A stretch of DNA of 64,000 nt from Octopus sinensis (GCF_006345805.1 NC_043004.1:32984001-33048000), one strand, 5' to 3'. Shown: positions 26,856 to 40,386, counted from the first letter of the stretch. The notes: generated from the sequence alone by a model not told the origin. Made by a program: numbers and translations.

Positions 26856-27027
26856 CATATATACGACAGGCTTCTTTCAGTTTCCGTCAACCAAATCCAC
26901 TCACAAGGCTTTGGTCAGCCAGAGGTTATAGTAGGAGACACTTGCCCAAGATACCATGCAGCGGGACTGAACCCAGAACCATGTGGTTGGTAAGCAAGCT
27001 ACTTAACACGCAGCCACTCCTGCACCT
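26633..27027 (-). mobile_element. Full-length SINE family B
   Basis: Reverse complement of the 7044-7484 type. Confidence 0.9.
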
Positions 27028-27561
27028 ATATATATGATTATTTATCTATTTATATAGTCACAACCACAAGGCTGAGGCCAGTAAAAGAATATATGGCAGA
27101 CTACTACTACGCTGTCCCTCTCTGAAATGTTATTCCTAAAACACTGACCAAGTCAAAGCTATGGTAGAAACACCTGTCCAATGAACAGCCATGTAGCCAT
27201 GCTTGCACTACTATAACTCATCCATTTGCTTGCGTAATTTAGCTGTTTCACTTTCTACATTTTATATATCTTATGAATTCTCTCTCCATTAGGTCGGCAC
27301 TTTAACAACATTTCTGCAATTTCCTCAAATCATGGATTGTATTTATAACTTGCAGCTACAAATGTGTTGAAAATATGTTTACAATTTGTCTGGCAATGTG
27401 TGTCTTAAATGTGAAATTCTATAATAACAGTAGATATTTGTTGCTATCAGGGTATCGTGGTACCAACCAGACTACTGAATGTTGTTATACATCGCTGGTC
27501 ACAATGCACTTTGCATTGTTTTAGCTTTTGAATGACACCACACCACTTGCTGGGCAAGCAA

Positions 27562-27790
27562 GCTAACATTCCTTCTGACTAGAAGGCCTAATAGGCCAAC
27601 ATTCCTTCTGACCAGAAGGCCCAAGTAGACCAACATTCTCTGTGACCAGAAGGCCCAAGTAAGCCAATATTCCCTCTGACCGGAAGGCCCAAGTAGGCCA
27701 ATATTCCCTCTGACCGGAAGGCCCAAGTAGGCCAACATTCCCTCTGACCAGAAGGCCCAAGTAGGCCAACATTCCCTCTGACAGGAAGGC
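27562..27790. repeat. 34-bp minisatellite (7 units) inside a minus-strand SINE-like element
   Basis: Unit GCCAACATTCCYTCTGACCRGAAGGCCCAAGTAG. The downstream AAGTGTCTTGCTCAAG box is shared with 2745 and 32947. Confidence 0.9.
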
Positions 27791-28774
27791 CAGTCCATTG
27801 CTGGGTTACCTATCTACAGCTGATTGAACTGGAACAATGAGAAATGAAGTGTCTTGCTCAAGTACACAGTGCACTGCTCAATCTGGGAATTGAAATGATG
27901 ATCTAGTGATCCACTAAGCCACATGCCTTCCTATTTGTTACTGTAGAATTAGAAATTAATCAGCTTTATCTTGTCCATTGTCTATCTTTAGAATCTTCCA
28001 TTCTTTTGTTACCAGATTTCTGTGAAAATCCACTGCCTCTGCTTCAATTATTTTCGAAAATGATGAAGAATTCAGTAAACCAATTTTGTCATTATTGGTG
28101 TTTGGAACATCAATGAACATGAAATTTTGATGGAACATTTTAATTTAGATCTTTTGAAAGTAAGCAATGGCTTTCTCGTTGCTCATCAAGAATTTTCCCT
28201 GATTGAAATGAAAAGGAATGAAGGAACCTTATTTTAATAGGGTTTTGAGTTACTTTGATCAATCCAAACCTTTTGATAGGGTCTACCATTTTTACTTGGC
28301 AGCTGTCTTTAGTATTGCTGTTTTCTGTATTGCTTTTAGACACTGGATCCCTTCCACAGACAGCAACATTTTCTCAGTGGTCAGACTAAAGTAGTCTCTC
28401 TGTGAGAACCATTCTGAATCCTCCAAGTTTGTCCTGTCTCACAACTTCTGTATTTACTGACTCTTAAGCCACTAGTTTGGAAACTGAAGGTGTTAAGAGA
28501 TATCCATACGGGCCAACATAACCTTCACAGAAAGGTTATTTTGGTATATATGGAGGACATGGCAATAATGGCATCAGATGTAAAAAAGCTTAAGGTTCTT
28601 GGCCCCATTTCGAAGGAATACAAGAGCAAAAATTGACCCAAAATTGACAAAAATTGATAATCTTGAAACTGGTGATTTATTCCAGTACTGACTTCAGGTG
28701 GCTAAGAACTGGGTGAAGTCTGAACAGGGTAGCCAGTCTCCTCCAGAAATAGGCTGGTGGGAAGTTACCTTTAA

Positions 28775-28998
28775 CCCCTTTTGTTACCAACCCGGCTGAA
28801 ACCGGCTTTGGATCTGAATACAAATGTCTTGTATTCATAAGTTTTGAATTAAAATCTTCCACCATAAATCTTAGTCACGATTTATGTTCCTAACACTAGC
28901 TTAATGATAACGGAGTTATTTTACTAAATTCTTTGTTATATTTAAAATTGATTGAAAGAAACACAGAAAATTTCAACAGAAATATGGTAATGAAAGAG
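28775..28998. mobile_element. piggyBac-type MITE, copy 1
   Basis: TTAA|CCCCTTTTGTTACC...GGTAATGAAAGAG|TTAA. Confidence 0.8.
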
Positions 28999-29150
28999 TT
29001 AAGAAGAAAAATAATCAGCAGAAGACATAAGAGAAGGAGACCTCAGTGTGGTCACTCTATATGCTAGAAATAATAGCCTAAATTTCCTTTAATCCACACC
29101 CTTCCAACTGCTTCTAATGTCTATCTGCCCAAATGTAGAGGTGTGTTTAA

Positions 29151-29372
29151 CCCTTTCGAAACCAACCCGGCTGAAACCACCTCTGGTTCTGTTGTACAAA
29201 TGTCTTGTTTTGAAAAGTTCTAAATTAAAATCTTCCACCAAACCTTAGTCACAATTTATGTTCCTAACACTAGCTTAATGATAACTAAGTTATTTTACTA
29301 AATTCTTTGTTATATTTAAAATTAATTGAAAGAAACAAAGAGCATCTCAAAATAAATGCAGTAATGAAAGGG
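29151..29372. mobile_element. piggyBac-type MITE, copy 2
   Basis: TTAA|CCCTTTC...GAAAGGG|TTAA. Homologous along its whole length to copy 1. Confidence 0.82.
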
Positions 29373-30517
29373 TTAAAACCTTAAAACATTTGAGAGAAGT
29401 GGCAAACATATCCATCACCTCTCTCATATATATCACTGAATGGCAGTCATGCTTCACCCCAGTTTTACTATAGCTGATCTGAGCAACTGTGTTTTCAATT
29501 CATGTGGAAAGTATGTGTTCTATTGGTCAAGCGACTTATATATGACCAACACGCTCTGCATAATGGACACAGTTATATTGCAGCTGATGATGTATAGACA
29601 TGAGCTGAAGTTGCCACATCTATGGAGATGTGACATTAGCTTTCTATAGAGCACTGGTGGTGGAGGAGAGCAACAATGTTCCTTTGGAAACTCTGGGTTT
29701 CAATGGGAATCATCCGACTGACCTGTTATGGGAGACTTCTGGACTAGGGGTCTATGCATAACTTCCAGGAGTTCATGATGAGAGTACGACCCAGAGGTAT
29801 TGTTATATTGAAATAAACTTTACAAGTATGCAAGTTCTATCTTGTGGGTGTGTCCAAGACACACAGATTGGCAAAACCATTCTACACCCACTTCCACAAT
29901 GTCTAAACATTGCTGGTTTGTGGATTGCTATTGTCGTCACATGTAGATTAGGTGAAACAACTGCTTGAGTCTGTTATGAAGATTAAGCTACAGTCTTTCA
30001 TTGGCTGGGTAAGGCAAATAGTTTAACCCTGTCTGGTGACTGTTGGGGAAGATGTTGCGGAGTCGACATGACTGAAAGGATTAAAGACAGATAATTTTCT
30101 CTTTGGCCAAACCTCCATCAAATTGAAGTTCCTTTCTTAAAGGGATGCTGAGAATGGAGAATGAAGGAGTGCTTTAGAATAAATTTATTGAAAGGTCAGT
30201 GAGGGCAGTAAACTTGTCCAAAGTAAATGAGCCAATCCTTGGCATATGACTGTTGGCTGGGAAATGATAGAGAGAAGTGGACACTTACCCTTCATATTGA
30301 GAGTAGTTCTGGAACTGAGAAGTTCTTTGAACCACTCTAAGTGGCAGTCAACCTCTTGGGACTTTCTCATAAACATATATTCTGTATATACCATGTATGT
30401 GGTCAGTTTGTTTTTTTCTTTTGGCATTTGAGTTTAATGTAAATCACCATATTTTTGTAACCTGTCCCTTCATTCGTTGCCATTGTAGTAACTATAAAAA
30501 CTACTGCTACTAGTACA

Positions 30518-30561
<44 letters not shown>

Positions 30562-30824
30562 TTTAATAATAACCATTATCATAATCACAATCATCATCAT
30601 CGTCATCATCATTGTGTTATTTGTATTTTATTTTTATTCTTGTTATTTTAGATAAATATTGACATATTCGAAACCTTTACTATTTCAATAATCAATAAGC
30701 TGATTCTCTTTCCTTTTTTTTCTTCTCCCTTTTCACTCCTGTTCCCCGACCCTTCCCTCTCTCTCACCCCACCTCTTACTTTTTATCTATTTCTTTACTA
30801 TTATTATTATCATTATTATTATTA

Positions 30825-30861
<37 letters not shown>

Positions 30862-31493
30862 TTCTTTTACCACACAGCGGTGGTTTCAATACACACTGCA
30901 CTACACTCTTTGAGTAGATCCCCAAGCTATTAGGTCTCCCAACCATAGAGAAAGGTGGGTTGTTGTTTTTTCTTAGTTTGTTTTTTTTTGTTTTGTTTTT
31001 TTGTTCTGTTTCTTTCGGCTTTTGTTGAATTCAAATGCATTCAAATCTATGCATGAGCTAGGAGTGTAGAGAATAAAAAGCATAATGCATTTTGTAAAAT
31101 GGAAACCAGCTAATAAATAAGTGGCAATTTCCAACACAGCATTTTACAAGATCGATATATGATGTTAACAAAAATTTCATTGATTTCTATCATCCATGAT
31201 CAAAGCATGCAAGGTGATGGCTTTCATTTCCTATATTTTGCATGAAACGTAATCTACATACTTTAAACTATTGTCATTAAATATTGTTTGGATATTTTTC
31301 GTCCCTTTTTTAGGGGGTAGTGGATGGGAAGAATGAGTGGGGATCTTTTTGCACGAGAGTGCTTTTTTTTTTTTACCATTTCTCACTCCCATTTGCCTAG
31401 TTTTGGAACTGTTGGGTGAGCAATCTTCATTCCAATCCCATTGGATATATTTCCTATTTTCTTTAGTTACATACATACAAAGAACAAACCTAA

Positions 31494-31549
<56 letters not shown>

Positions 31550-31959
31550 TATTATCATCATCATCATCATCAATAAAAGATGGCAAAATCAAAAGGGTCC
31601 TGAACCTAGGTCAACGATTCATATCCTGCAAACCAAAATATTTCCCTTCTATTGTGTTTTTCTGTTGAAATACTTTATTTTTTAAAGTGAGTCCTTCCAT
31701 ATCAATGATTAGTAATATAATGGCCATTTTTGATTTTTCTTGCTCTGTGTTTGCCCATTGTCCTCATCTATACCATATCTTACACATAAAAATATCCTCG
31801 AGTATCCCTTCACCGTTCTCATCATTGTCAATGCATATTAAACAAAACCTGACAGAAATTTTATCTGGAAACCATTAATTGCTTATTGACCCACAAACGC
31901 ATTTAATTTGAAAAATGTTTTAGAAAACATATAAGACCCCCAAAGAACATGTCATTGGC

Positions 31960-32750
31960 CCTATTTGAGTTCATGCCATTTACCATCAATTCTACTTACC
32001 ATAGTCCTACAAACCATCACAGAGAGGTTTAAAATTGACTATCCACGGGAACTCTGATAGGTGGATGATCTAGTTCTCATAATGCAATCCATCAGGGAAT
32101 TAGAGAGGAAATTCTCAGCATGGATGCTAAACTTGGAATTGAGAAGCCTTAAGGTAAATTAAGCAAAGATGAATATTTTAGTGAGTGGAGAAAAAGACAG
32201 GACCCCAACACTTTCAGGAAATGGCCTTGCTTGATAATCAGAAAAGCAGGAGGTGTAAGCTTGATGTAATTTATGGAGACTCCTCAAGAGATGTAGTGGA
32301 ATCACTGGTAGGCTATCCAAAAATCTAAGCTTCATATACAGTAGACACATTGGAGCAGTTCTTATGAATACACTGGAAACTGAGTCTCTTAAAAGCCAAT
32401 ATGGCACAATAGCAGTGGATGATAGCTTTTGTTACCTAGGAGATGTAATTAGCAAGGGAAATGGTTGCTCTGAAAGTACAGCAGTTAGTGTGAGAACTGG
32501 TTAGAGGAAGTTCAGTGAAGTTCACTGCTAACAACAAAGATCTTTTCTCTAAGAGTGAAGGGCAGACTGCATGATGCTTGTGTTAGAACTGTAATGCTGC
32601 ATGGTAGTGAGACATGGGCCTTAAATGCAGAGGACTTGAAAAGTCTGGAATGAAATGGAACAAGCATGCTCTGTTGGACGTGCAATGTGAGTTTGCAGGA
32701 AGGAATTAGTACGAAGGTGCAGAGTGAAAAACTGAGCATTAGAGGAATTG
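31960..32750 (+). mobile_element. RTE-clade LINE reverse transcriptase relic
   Basis: Degenerate motifs (YA)VDDLVL, LKVN.AK, DSFCYLGDVIS.G.GCSES and LRVKGRLHDACVRTVMLHGSETWA. Confidence 0.88.
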
Positions 32751-33605
32751 CTCCTAGAAAGTTCCCCTTCAAGGCACAAATCAGGGAAAGGTTGTTTATG
32801 AAAGGCCAGCAGTCACCCATGCATACCAGCCTCTCTTCTCCACACCAACGATGATATCCAAGAGAAAGGCAAAGGCCAAAACAGCTTGGCACCAGTGATG
32901 TTGTGACTCATTTCTACAGCTGAGTGAACTGAAGGAATGTGAAATAAAGTGTCTTGCTCAAGAACACAAAACAGCCTAGTCTGGAAACTGAAATCACTAC
33001 CTCATGATTGTGATCCCAACACTCTAACTACTGAGCTATATTATAGAAATAAAAACAAACAAAATGCTGATCATTTTATTGTGATATTCTGCCAGTATAT
33101 TGTACTTGGGGCTGATTCCATACCAAAAGAAGAAAACAGAATAAGTACTGTGAATGAGTTCGGTCTTTTACAAATCCTTGAATGTAGCTGTGAAGGTATG
33201 TGGCTGAATGGTTAGGGTGCTGAGCTCACAATCACAAGGTCATTGGTTCAATTCTTAGACTAGACAGCACTTTGCATCTTTGAACAAGATAAATTCCTCA
33301 TCATCATTTAATGTCCATTTTCGTTACCAGAATGAGTTGGATGGTTTGACAAGGAGCTGACAAAGCATAGTGCCTCTTGCTCCAATTCTTCATTGTCTGC
33401 TTTAGCATGGATCCCACAGTTGGATTACGGAATGGACTGGGTGCTTTTTTACCTGATACCAGCTCAGGAGCTTTTAATATGATGCCAGCATGGGTGCTTT
33501 TTTTTGTGGCACCAGCATAGGTGCTTTTTATGTGATGCTAGCATGGGTGCCTTTTATATGGTACCAGTACATTATTACCTGTTATTCCAGTCTACTTAGC
33601 TCTCT

Positions 33606-34202
33606 TACTCTCTCTTTTACTCTTTTATTTGTTTCAGTCATTTGACTGTGGCCACGCTGGAGTACTGCCTTTAGTTGAGCAAATTGAGCCTAGGACTTAT
33701 TCTTTGTAAGCCTAGTACTTATTCTATTGGTCTCATTTGCTGAACCGCTAAGTTATGGGGACGTAAACACAACAGCATCGGTTGTCAAGCGATGTTGGGA
33801 GGACAAACACAGACACAGAAACACACACACACACACACACACATATACATATATATGACGGGCTTCTTTCAGTTTTCGTCTATCAAATCCACTCACAAGG
33901 CTTTGGTCGGCCTGAGGCTATAGTAGAAGACACTTGCCCAAGGTGCCATGAAGTGGGACTGAACCCAGAACCATGTGGTTGTTAAGCAAGCTATTTACCA
34001 CACAGCCACTTCTGTTCCTATATATATATACATATATACGATGGGCTTCTTTCAGTTTCCGTCTACCAAATCCACTCACAAGGCTTTGGTCGGCCCGAGG
34101 ATATAGTAGAAGACACTTGCCCAAGGTGCCATGCAGTGGGACTGAACCCAGAACCATGTGGTTCGTAAGCAAGCTACTTACCACACAGCCACTCCTATGC
34201 CT
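33606..34202 (-). mobile_element. SINE family B with tandemly duplicated 5' module
   Basis: A full copy at 33606-34018 is followed by a second head module at 34035-34202. Confidence 0.88.
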
Positions 34203-34724
34203 GAAAATAATTACTAGCGAAGTGCTGGCGCAGTTCTGTCACAACCGTGGTATTTTACTGGAAGAAAGATGTAAAAGCTAGAAAGTGTTTACTGATGATC
34301 ACTCAGGCACATAAAGCAATATGAAAGCATGGTACACGTAACCATGCCATCATGCTCACTCGTGAGTGACAGCTAAGCCCTTTTACGTTTTTATAGAATT
34401 GGAAGCTTTGAGAAAGCAGGACTAAACCCATGTGATTTTGTTGGTTGTTGCAAAGGCGTATTGGAACTTTTTTTACGAGCAATTGCGTTTTCTTGACATT
34501 TTCAGTTCCATCGAAATAGTAATATAATTAATTTTCCTAATGGATAGTTGTATATTTTATAGCTGAAAAATTGAATCTTGTAACCCTCAACAACATATAA
34601 ACATTGCCCTTCTCTGCAAATTATAAAGCTAAATAGATTCCTTCTTTCAATGAAATGTAGGCAATAAATAATGGAATGGAAACATTTCCTCTTCAACCAA
34701 TTTGTTCTATGAATTACAATATGA

Positions 34725-34727
34725 ATG

Positions 34728-34760
<33 letters not shown>

Positions 34761-34808
34761 GTTATAATAATAATAATAATAGTTATAATAATAATAATAA
34801 TAATAGTT

Positions 34809-34886
<78 letters not shown>

Positions 34887-34960
34887 GTGATGATGATGTT
34901 GATGATGATGATGGTAATAATATTGGTGATAATCACCACCATTATTATTATTATCATCGT
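34725..34960. repeat. (TAA)n/(TGA)n microsatellite
   Basis: Read directly from the sequence. Confidence 0.95.
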
Positions 34961-35193
34961 TTGTTGGTGTGAGGCATCAAAATACAAAATAATACAACAC
35001 AGTGCAGTATTGATAAGAAAAGACAACATTTTCAAGATTTAGTCTTCAGAACGATAAGGTTTTACAACCATTCCAGTGCCATCCTTATGAGAGTTTAATA
35101 ATGGTGATATGTTAGGGAGTTCAACCTGAAGTTTAGAAAATCAGTATTTGGGAGGGTGGTGTGAGGGGAGAGAGAATAAGCAAAATAGGAAGG

Positions 35194-36061
35194 GGTTCTA
35201 TGTTTAAGAGATGAGGAATTATTTATATTATTTACATTATTTACATTTGATGGATATTTATCCTCAACTTCTTTGTTGTTAACACAACATTTCAGCTGAT
35301 ATACCCTCCAGTCTTTATCAGGTGTCTTGGGGGAATTTCGAACCTGCGTTCTCATTCCTAAGGTATTTTTCTATGTTCTTCTTATTATTATTGAGTGAGA
35401 GAACAGTATATGCCATCACAATGACACTGGGGTAAAATATACGAAGCCCATTATACCCATCATGACTACCCATCTGATAAGGGTACACTAGGCACATGCA
35501 TCACAACCATATGTGCGCGACATGGTGATCTCATATCAAGATAAACAGTGCATGACCTTGCAGGTGGGGCCCAATTAGAATTTTCTTCTGGTCGAGTAAC
35601 CCATCCCACTCAAAAGGTCCCTGAATAAGGGTTGTTTAAGGATGTTGAATGAAACACCTATGTTTCCAGAGGTGAATTATTCAAACCCCAAAGAATCCCT
35701 CTCAACACATGGCTATGATGCTCCCCCACTACTTCTGCTCGTGATCAGAGATGCACATATCGTCAGCCACTAAGGGACATGCTCAACTGGTTATGGTCAA
35801 GCAACTGACAAGCAAATCTGTGGTATTGAGCAGAATATTTGCTGTAGCCCATCTTTTATGCCAAGACAAAACAATGTACATGATAACACTTCCAATCAGT
35901 TAAGATCAGAAGCCACAAGAGCCATTATTATTATTGAGTGAGAGAGCAGTTCATGCCATCAAAGTGACACTGGGGTAAAATATACGAAGCCCAATATACC
36001 CATCATGACTACCCGTCTGATAAAGGTACACCAGGCACATTATTATTATTATTATTATTAC

Positions 36062-36108
<47 letters not shown>

Positions 36109-36164
36109 TAACTGCTTGGAATTGAACTCAGAATCTCAGGGTTAGTAGCTCTGTGCTCTTAACC
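35194..36164 (-). mobile_element. tRNA-headed hammerhead-bearing SINE-like element, interrupted by nested insertions
   Basis: The 3' module at 35194-35385 carries a degenerate HHR (35281-35326, CTGATAA). The (TAA)n linker holds family D inserts, and the tRNA-like head is at 36103-36164. Confidence 0.8.
35392..35924 (-). mobile_element. Repeat family D (TAA-tailed retroposon) inserted in a (TAA)n tract; second truncated copy at 35934-36040
   Basis: Both copies share the end GAGTGAGAG..GCCATCA..GACACTGGGGTAAAATATACGAAGCCC and are bounded by TTA repeats. Confidence 0.8.
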
Positions 36165-36203
36165 CTAAGATTCTGAGTTCGATTCCAGGCAGTGACCTGA
36201 ATG

Positions 36204-36248
<45 letters not shown>

Positions 36249-36397
36249 TCGAAAAATACCTTAGGAATAAGAACCCAGGTTTGAAATTTCCCCAAGACAC
36301 CTGATGAAGGCTGGAGGGTATATCAGCTGAAATGTGTTAACAGCAAACAAGATGAGGACAAATATCCGTCAAATGTAAATAATGTAAATTATGTATA
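36160..36397 (+). mobile_element. tRNA-headed hammerhead-bearing SINE-like element (5'-truncated)
   Basis: B box GAGTTCGATTCC, (TAA)n, then GACAC-CTGATGA-A-GGCTG-GAGGGTATAT-CAGCT-GAAA (36296-36338). Confidence 0.82.
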
Positions 36398-37306
36398 ATT
36401 TTGACATAAGGCCAGCATTTTTAGACCCCCATACACAACTGATATTTTATTTAATCAACCCTGAAAGGCTGAAAGACAAAGTTGACCTTGGTGGAATTTG
36501 AACTCAGAACTTAAAGAACTAAAAAAAAAAAAACGAAAATACCTCTAAGCATTTTGTCTGAGATGCCAGTGATTCTGCTAGGTCACTGCCATGTAGTTCT
36601 TTGATAATAATAATAAAAAAAGAAAAGGGCAAAGAATGGAATGGAGGTGGTAGGGGTGGGATGGAGGTATAAGTGTCAGGTGAATAATTTTACAAAAAAT
36701 AATAAAAACATAAATAAATATTGGTATTTACATCAATGTTCACCGAAAAGAAAAGAATGCACAAAGAGAACAGTCATTTAGGGAGAATCAATCACATGAA
36801 GAAGATACAAGGAAAACTCTGGAATCCAGTAAAAATCCCCAAAGCAACTCTAAGTAAATAGTTTCTTAGAGAAGTGGCAGTTCCACATTCTAACACCTGC
36901 CATCAAATTGTGACATAAAATGGTTGCTTTCAAATGGTTCACTTATTGATTTTGCAAATTACAGTATATTTCTTGAACTATCAAAACAGGTGTTATTTCT
37001 TGCATTGCAACCTTCTGCTAAATAAATTTGTATAGATCTTATATACAAGCACAGTTTTTTTTTTTGCTTTTTATTTTTTCCTTTTTTAGTCAATAAAATA
37101 CTAAATTAGTAACTATCCTTGCTTTAGTAGAGTAATTTTATTTTGTACCTTATCTTAAAGTTAGGTAATTAGATCTATGTGTTTACCTTTCCTTAACTCT
37201 GTCTTTGTCTGTCTGTTTGTCGTACTCTCTTTCTTTCCCCCTCCCTCACTCTATCTATCGTTTTCTGCTCTGTGCTTGCGTGTGCATGCGTGTGCATTAG
37301 TGTGCA

Positions 37307-37337
<31 letters not shown>

Positions 37338-37950
37338 TATTCTTTGTTTTTGTGTTATAATAAAACAGTTTTACATTAATCAATACATTTGGTAGAGTAC
37401 AAATTTATTATGCTTTAACAAGAAAAGTATTGACAGTAACTTCGAAGTTTTGGTCAGTCTAATGATGGGTTAGCTGGTAGAAACATCAAAGTCATCGTCA
37501 ATGAATAATATATATATATAAATATCAAAGGTGGGGACCGTTAATCGAAAGTTAACTTCATTAACCATTAATCCATTAACCAAAAAGTAACTTTGATAAC
37601 CATTAATCATATAATTCTTTAAAAATGTAACAGAAGTTATCAATAGACTATCAACGTTCATTTTTATTATAGAAAATAACAAAAAAATCAGTTTTTGCTC
37701 TAAAACCCATCTAAAACACCTTTAAATAGTGTAAAAACTATAAAATCGGTCATTTTGGGTCCTTTTAAGGGCTTTAGAACCCCAAAACTATATATATATT
37801 TTTTTTGCTTTCCAGTTAAAAAACGCTAATTTTGTAGTCTTAACTTTTAAAAGACCTAAAAAATGGTTGAATTCAGAGTGTTGGCCCCTTTTTATGTTTT
37901 TAAAAGCCTTTAGAGCCAGAAAAGAGTAACAAAAACTAAAATGAAAAAAT

Positions 37951-38071
37951 ATTACATTATTTACATTTGACGGATATTTGTCCTCATCTTGTTTGTTGTT
38001 AGCACAACGTTTTGGCTGATTACCCTCCAACCTTCATCAGGTGTCTTGGGGAAATTTCGAACCTAGATTCT
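37951..38071 (-). mobile_element. 3' module of the hammerhead-bearing element (GAAA mutated to AAAA)
   Basis: The reverse complement reads GACAC-CTGATGA-A-GGTTG..CAGCC-AAAA-CGTT-GTGCT. Confidence 0.82.
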
Positions 38072-38825
38072 GAAGCACCAGTAAAGTTTTGATCAAAATA
38101 TACACATATGCAAATTCACCCAAACATGGGATTATAAAGGTTCAGACCCCCGACCAATTCCCCCTCTAAACATCCTTTATACAACTAGTAACCCCTTTAA
38201 CACTCCTACACATATATTTATCTAGCAGACTCTTGCTGTATCAAAAAGCCCACTCGAGGTTTTGGTGCGATGGAGCAAAGGACATAATATTTGATTAATC
38301 TTTCTCTCAGTTGTCTTCCGTTTCGTTTTAACTATAGCACCGGATGTGACAATTTCATGCTTCCTCCTCTCCAGTAACTGAGAGCAGTCGCCATATTTAT
38401 TCCATACCAGCCTCTCCTGAAGGGAACGTATTAGATGCTCGGTTATTCAACATCTGATGCGAAACCGATTGGCAAGGTCGGCTGTAAAGGCTCAATAATT
38501 CCGCATAAATTGATTAACACACACACAGAAACATTTATTCATATAATACAGGATTCTTTTAGCTTCCATCTCAAAATCCACTCACAAGACCGTAGTCAGT
38601 CTGAGACGATGGTAGAAGACACTAGCCTAATATGTTACATAGTAGGACTGAACCCGAGGCCATATGGTTTGGAAGCAAACTGCTTAACCACACTGCCATG
38701 CCTACACCTAATATTTACCCCAGAGTGGCAACTATATCTAGCAAATTCTACATTCTCCGGTTTAGCTGTTTAAATATTGCTTTATTCGGGAACGTCCTTC
38801 CATCGTCTTTATTCTTTTATATTTT

Positions 38826-39294
38826 GTTTCACGCATTAGACTACGGCCATACTGGAGTCCTGCTTTGAAGAATTTTAGTCTAACGAATCGACCCCGGTAC
38901 TAAACATTTTTTTTTAAAGCATGGTACTTATTCTACTAGTCTCTTTTGCCGAACCGCTAAGTTACTGGAATGTAAGCATACCACCACCGGTTGTTAAGCA
39001 GCAGGGGGGGGGACAAACATACATACACACGCCCTACACCACAGGCACACACACCACACACACATACTCTCACACAGTCACATACATACACATACATACC
39101 AAACACACCCACACACATATATATATATATATAAACATGACAAGCCTCTTTCAGCTTCCAAGTACCAAATCCACTGACGAGACTTTGGGCGGGCCGAGGC
39201 TATAGCAGAGGACACTTGCCCAAGGTGTCACACAGTGGGACTGAACCCAGATCCATATGACTGGGAAGCAAAGTTCTAACCACACAGCCACGCA
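38826..39294 (-). mobile_element. SINE family B
   Basis: Family B 3' module, (CA)-rich middle and tRNA-like head. Confidence 0.82.
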
Positions 39295-39614
39295 TCCATC
39301 ATGCAATATGGAGACAAAACTATTCGAAAGACCAATTCTTCCATTCCAGCCTCTCTCCGTCATATTTTCTTCATCAACAGTTCTTCTGTCATTGGTTCTT
39401 TAGAAGAAGATATTCTTCTCTGATAAATTAACACTAATAACTTTGAAATTGGGTTGCTAAATTGAAAGACCCCTTTCTTCCCCCTTGGCTATAGCAAAAC
39501 TAATATCTCTTGGATTGGAAAGTAAGTTACCACAATCAACAGACGAGTGATGCGTGCCGGAAGAAAACTAAAAACCTGTATTTTTTTCTCCTCTCCCACG
39601 CTTCCATTCCCATT

Positions 39615-40171
39615 GCCATCATCATCATCATCATCATCATCATCTTCTTCTTCTTCTTCTTCTTCTTCTTCTTCTTCTTCTCCTTCATCATCATCATCAC
39701 CATCATCGTCATCATTTTCATCATCATCTGCAGCAGTAACAGCAAAATAATCCCAGCCACCACCAACACCACCACCACCACCACCACCACCATCACTACA
39801 AACACCGCCGCCGCCGCCGCCTTCACCATCACCACCACCACCACCACTACCACCATCACTACCACCACCACCACCATCACTACCAACACCACCGCCACCA
39901 CCACCACCATCACCACCACCAACAACACCACCACCACCAACAACACCGCCCCCCATCATCGTTGTCGTCATCGTCCTCCTCATCATTATCGTCATCACTA
40001 CTATCACCATCACAAACATCACCGCCGCCGCCGCCACCACCACCACCACCACCACCACCAACACCACCACCAACACCACCACCAACAACAACAAGACTAA
40101 CGCCACCACCAACACCGCCGCCGCCTCCATGATGGTAGTGATCATCATCTTGATCATGATCATGATTATTA

Positions 40172-40236
<65 letters not shown>
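39615..40236. repeat. Compound (ATC)/(TTC)/(ACC)/(GCC)/(TTA) trinucleotide tract
   Basis: Read directly from the sequence. Confidence 0.95.
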
Positions 40237-40355
40237 TAATTCGTTATTTATGAAAATTGCTCTGATAAATGTAATGATATACAAGAAAGAGTTTACGCAG
40301 AAACTATAATCTGAAATGACATCAAAAAACGTGTTCTCTGAATGGAAAATTGATA

Positions 40356-40386
<31 letters not shown>

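Noticed and set aside
27562-27790. CRISPR-like palindromic repeat array
   Set aside because: There are no variable spacers; it is a simple minisatellite within a SINE.
27956-28343. Two abutting minus-strand ORFs as a gene fragment
   Set aside because: They are in different frames with an upstream stop, and show no recognisable motif or clear splice sites.
39489-40163. Gly-rich/acidic 224-aa ORF
   Set aside because: Compound trinucleotide repeats open on both strands; no evidence of coding.
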